NCBI GenBank assembly: GCA_017396895.1
Contig: JAFQKN010000102.1
Coordinates: forward strand, 3,472 to 67,471
Reading direction: 5' to 3'
DNA: 64,000 bases
Source of the DNA: Clostridia bacterium
GTDB taxonomy: Bacteria > Bacillota > Clostridia > Oscillospirales > Acutalibacteraceae
Position 1 is the stretch's first letter. Each line of letters starts with the position of its first letter. Position numbers and translations under genes: made by a program. The notes beneath the pieces were generated by a model. The model ran no database searches and was not told the origin of the DNA. It saw only the letters and a list, made by a program, of their open reading frames with translations. This document shows, piece after piece, positions 63,386 through 64,000 of this stretch.

Positions 63386-64000
63386 GTGAGAATAATAAAA
63401 GCGTAAAAAACTTTGTTGAAGGTGTTTTTACCGCAGAAGATAACTCAGCGGCCAAGTTGCAGGACGAACAACGAAGCAAATACAGCCGCCTTGCAATCAA
63501 AATGTTCCACACGAACGTGCTTTCCCCGAAGGAAATGTTTTTGCCGGCCATCGGTGAATTTGCGACCAAGGTGTTGGGCGGTGTCAATGTTTACAGAACG
63601 CTCTATTTTGTTAATGTCTTGAAGATCGACATGGTGTATGTCACCGTTATTCTGTCTCTTATCAGCATTTACGATATGCTCAACAATCCTCTCATGGGGG
63701 CTATCTATGACAAGACCAGAACCCGTTGGGGAAAAGCAAGACCTTACATCATTTTCGGTGCCATCCCGTATTTTGCAAGTACATTTCTGTTGTATGCAGG
63801 GGCCATATTTTTGGGTGAACGTTCGGGGGACGATCCCGCAAAGATCATTTTTGTGTTTACCTTACTCTTTATACAGGAAACGTTTTCTACCATTTATAAC
63901 ATTCCTCGCGGCAATCTGCTCTCTTTGCAGACAGCCAATCCGCAGGACCGAATCAATGTCGGACTGTTGAATACCTATGTCGGAGAAGTCGGTTCGCAGG
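63382..64000 (+). CDS. glycoside-pentoside-hexuronide (GPH)/MFS-family sugar:cation symporter (5' part; runs off the window end)
   Basis: Open-ended, so absent from the ORF track. ATG 63382 (overlapping the upstream stop) gives MSENNKSVKNFVEG...LISIYDMLNNPLMGAIYDKTRTRWGKARPYIIFGAIPYFAS, which matches the GPH signature D-x-x-NP-x-x-G-x-x-x-D-x-T-x-x-x-GK-x-RP. Confidence 0.75.
   Translation, partial: MSENNKSVKNFVEGVFTAEDNSAAKLQDEQRSKYSRLAIKMFHTNVLSPKEMFLPAIGEFATKVLGGVNVYRTLYFVNVLKIDMVYVTVILSLISIYDMLNNPLMGAIYDKTRTRWGKARPYIIFGAIPYFASTFLLYAGAIFLGERSGDDPAKIIFVFTLLFIQETFSTIYNIPRGNLLSLQTANPQDRINVGLLNTYVGEVGSQ

Noticed and set aside
1-64000. I scanned by eye for tRNA or rRNA genes, CRISPR repeats, transposases, integrases, phage genes, toxin-antitoxin pairs and known defence-system hallmarks (nucleases, helicases, methyltransferases, TIR/STING/CBASS-type genes).
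   Set aside because: None were recognised. All sizeable non-coding gaps are explained by promoters, terminators or the ZTP riboswitch.

Overview
This looks like a chromosomal segment from a spore-forming Firmicute, Clostridia-like by gene content (inference only). I saw no rRNA, tRNA, CRISPR array, transposase, integrase or phage genes.

Layout:
- 1-19.6 kb is a conserved housekeeping block. It holds a partial GerA-family germination gene divergent from DUF421-DUF4363, then miaB, a ylbF-like gene, mutS, mutL and miaA. A division cluster follows (HlyD-like, yggS, sepF, a 1000-aa DivIVA-domain protein, lspA, rluD), then a split transketolase and an isolated rhaA.
- 19.7-23.2 kb is an AT-richer (by eye) patch of small membrane and secreted genes. 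It contains a PadR-HAAS-secreted operon, divergent secreted and dockerin genes, and a zinc-ribbon membrane protein.
- 23.2-38.6 kb is mostly sugar metabolism: a GH29 fucosidase, fba, an FAH-family gene, a GH36 alpha-galactosidase, a nitroreductase, galT and a ROK/SIS pair. It is interrupted by a DUF5685-like / J-domain / zinc-ribbon triad and by a Cys-rich secreted protein next to a papain-like peptidase.
- 38.7-41.4 kb carries metQ, then a terminator, then metN and metI.
- 41.4-52 kb is a glycan-degradation locus: a clan GH-A-like enzyme with CBM6/35-like modules, an SGNH acetylesterase, a GH30, an alpha/beta esterase and a GH2 beta-galactosidase.
- 52-64 kb holds an acyl-CoA ligase, a secreted esterase, a degenerate ImmA-like protein, a lipoprotein, pflA and pflB, a metallophosphoesterase, a second zinc-ribbon membrane paralogue with a Big_2 protein, and a partial GPH/MFS transporter.

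Most notable non-ORF feature: a ZTP (pfl-motif) riboswitch with a competing intrinsic terminator in the pflB leader. This is a known RNA class.

Most interesting candidates for undescribed biology:
1. The DUF5685-like / cysteine-tailed J-domain / zinc-ribbon membrane triad.
2. A C-terminal amphipathic tail motif shared by four otherwise unrelated secreted proteins.
3. Two paralogous N-terminal zinc-ribbon multipass membrane proteins.

All functional calls come from reading motifs by eye. No database search was possible.
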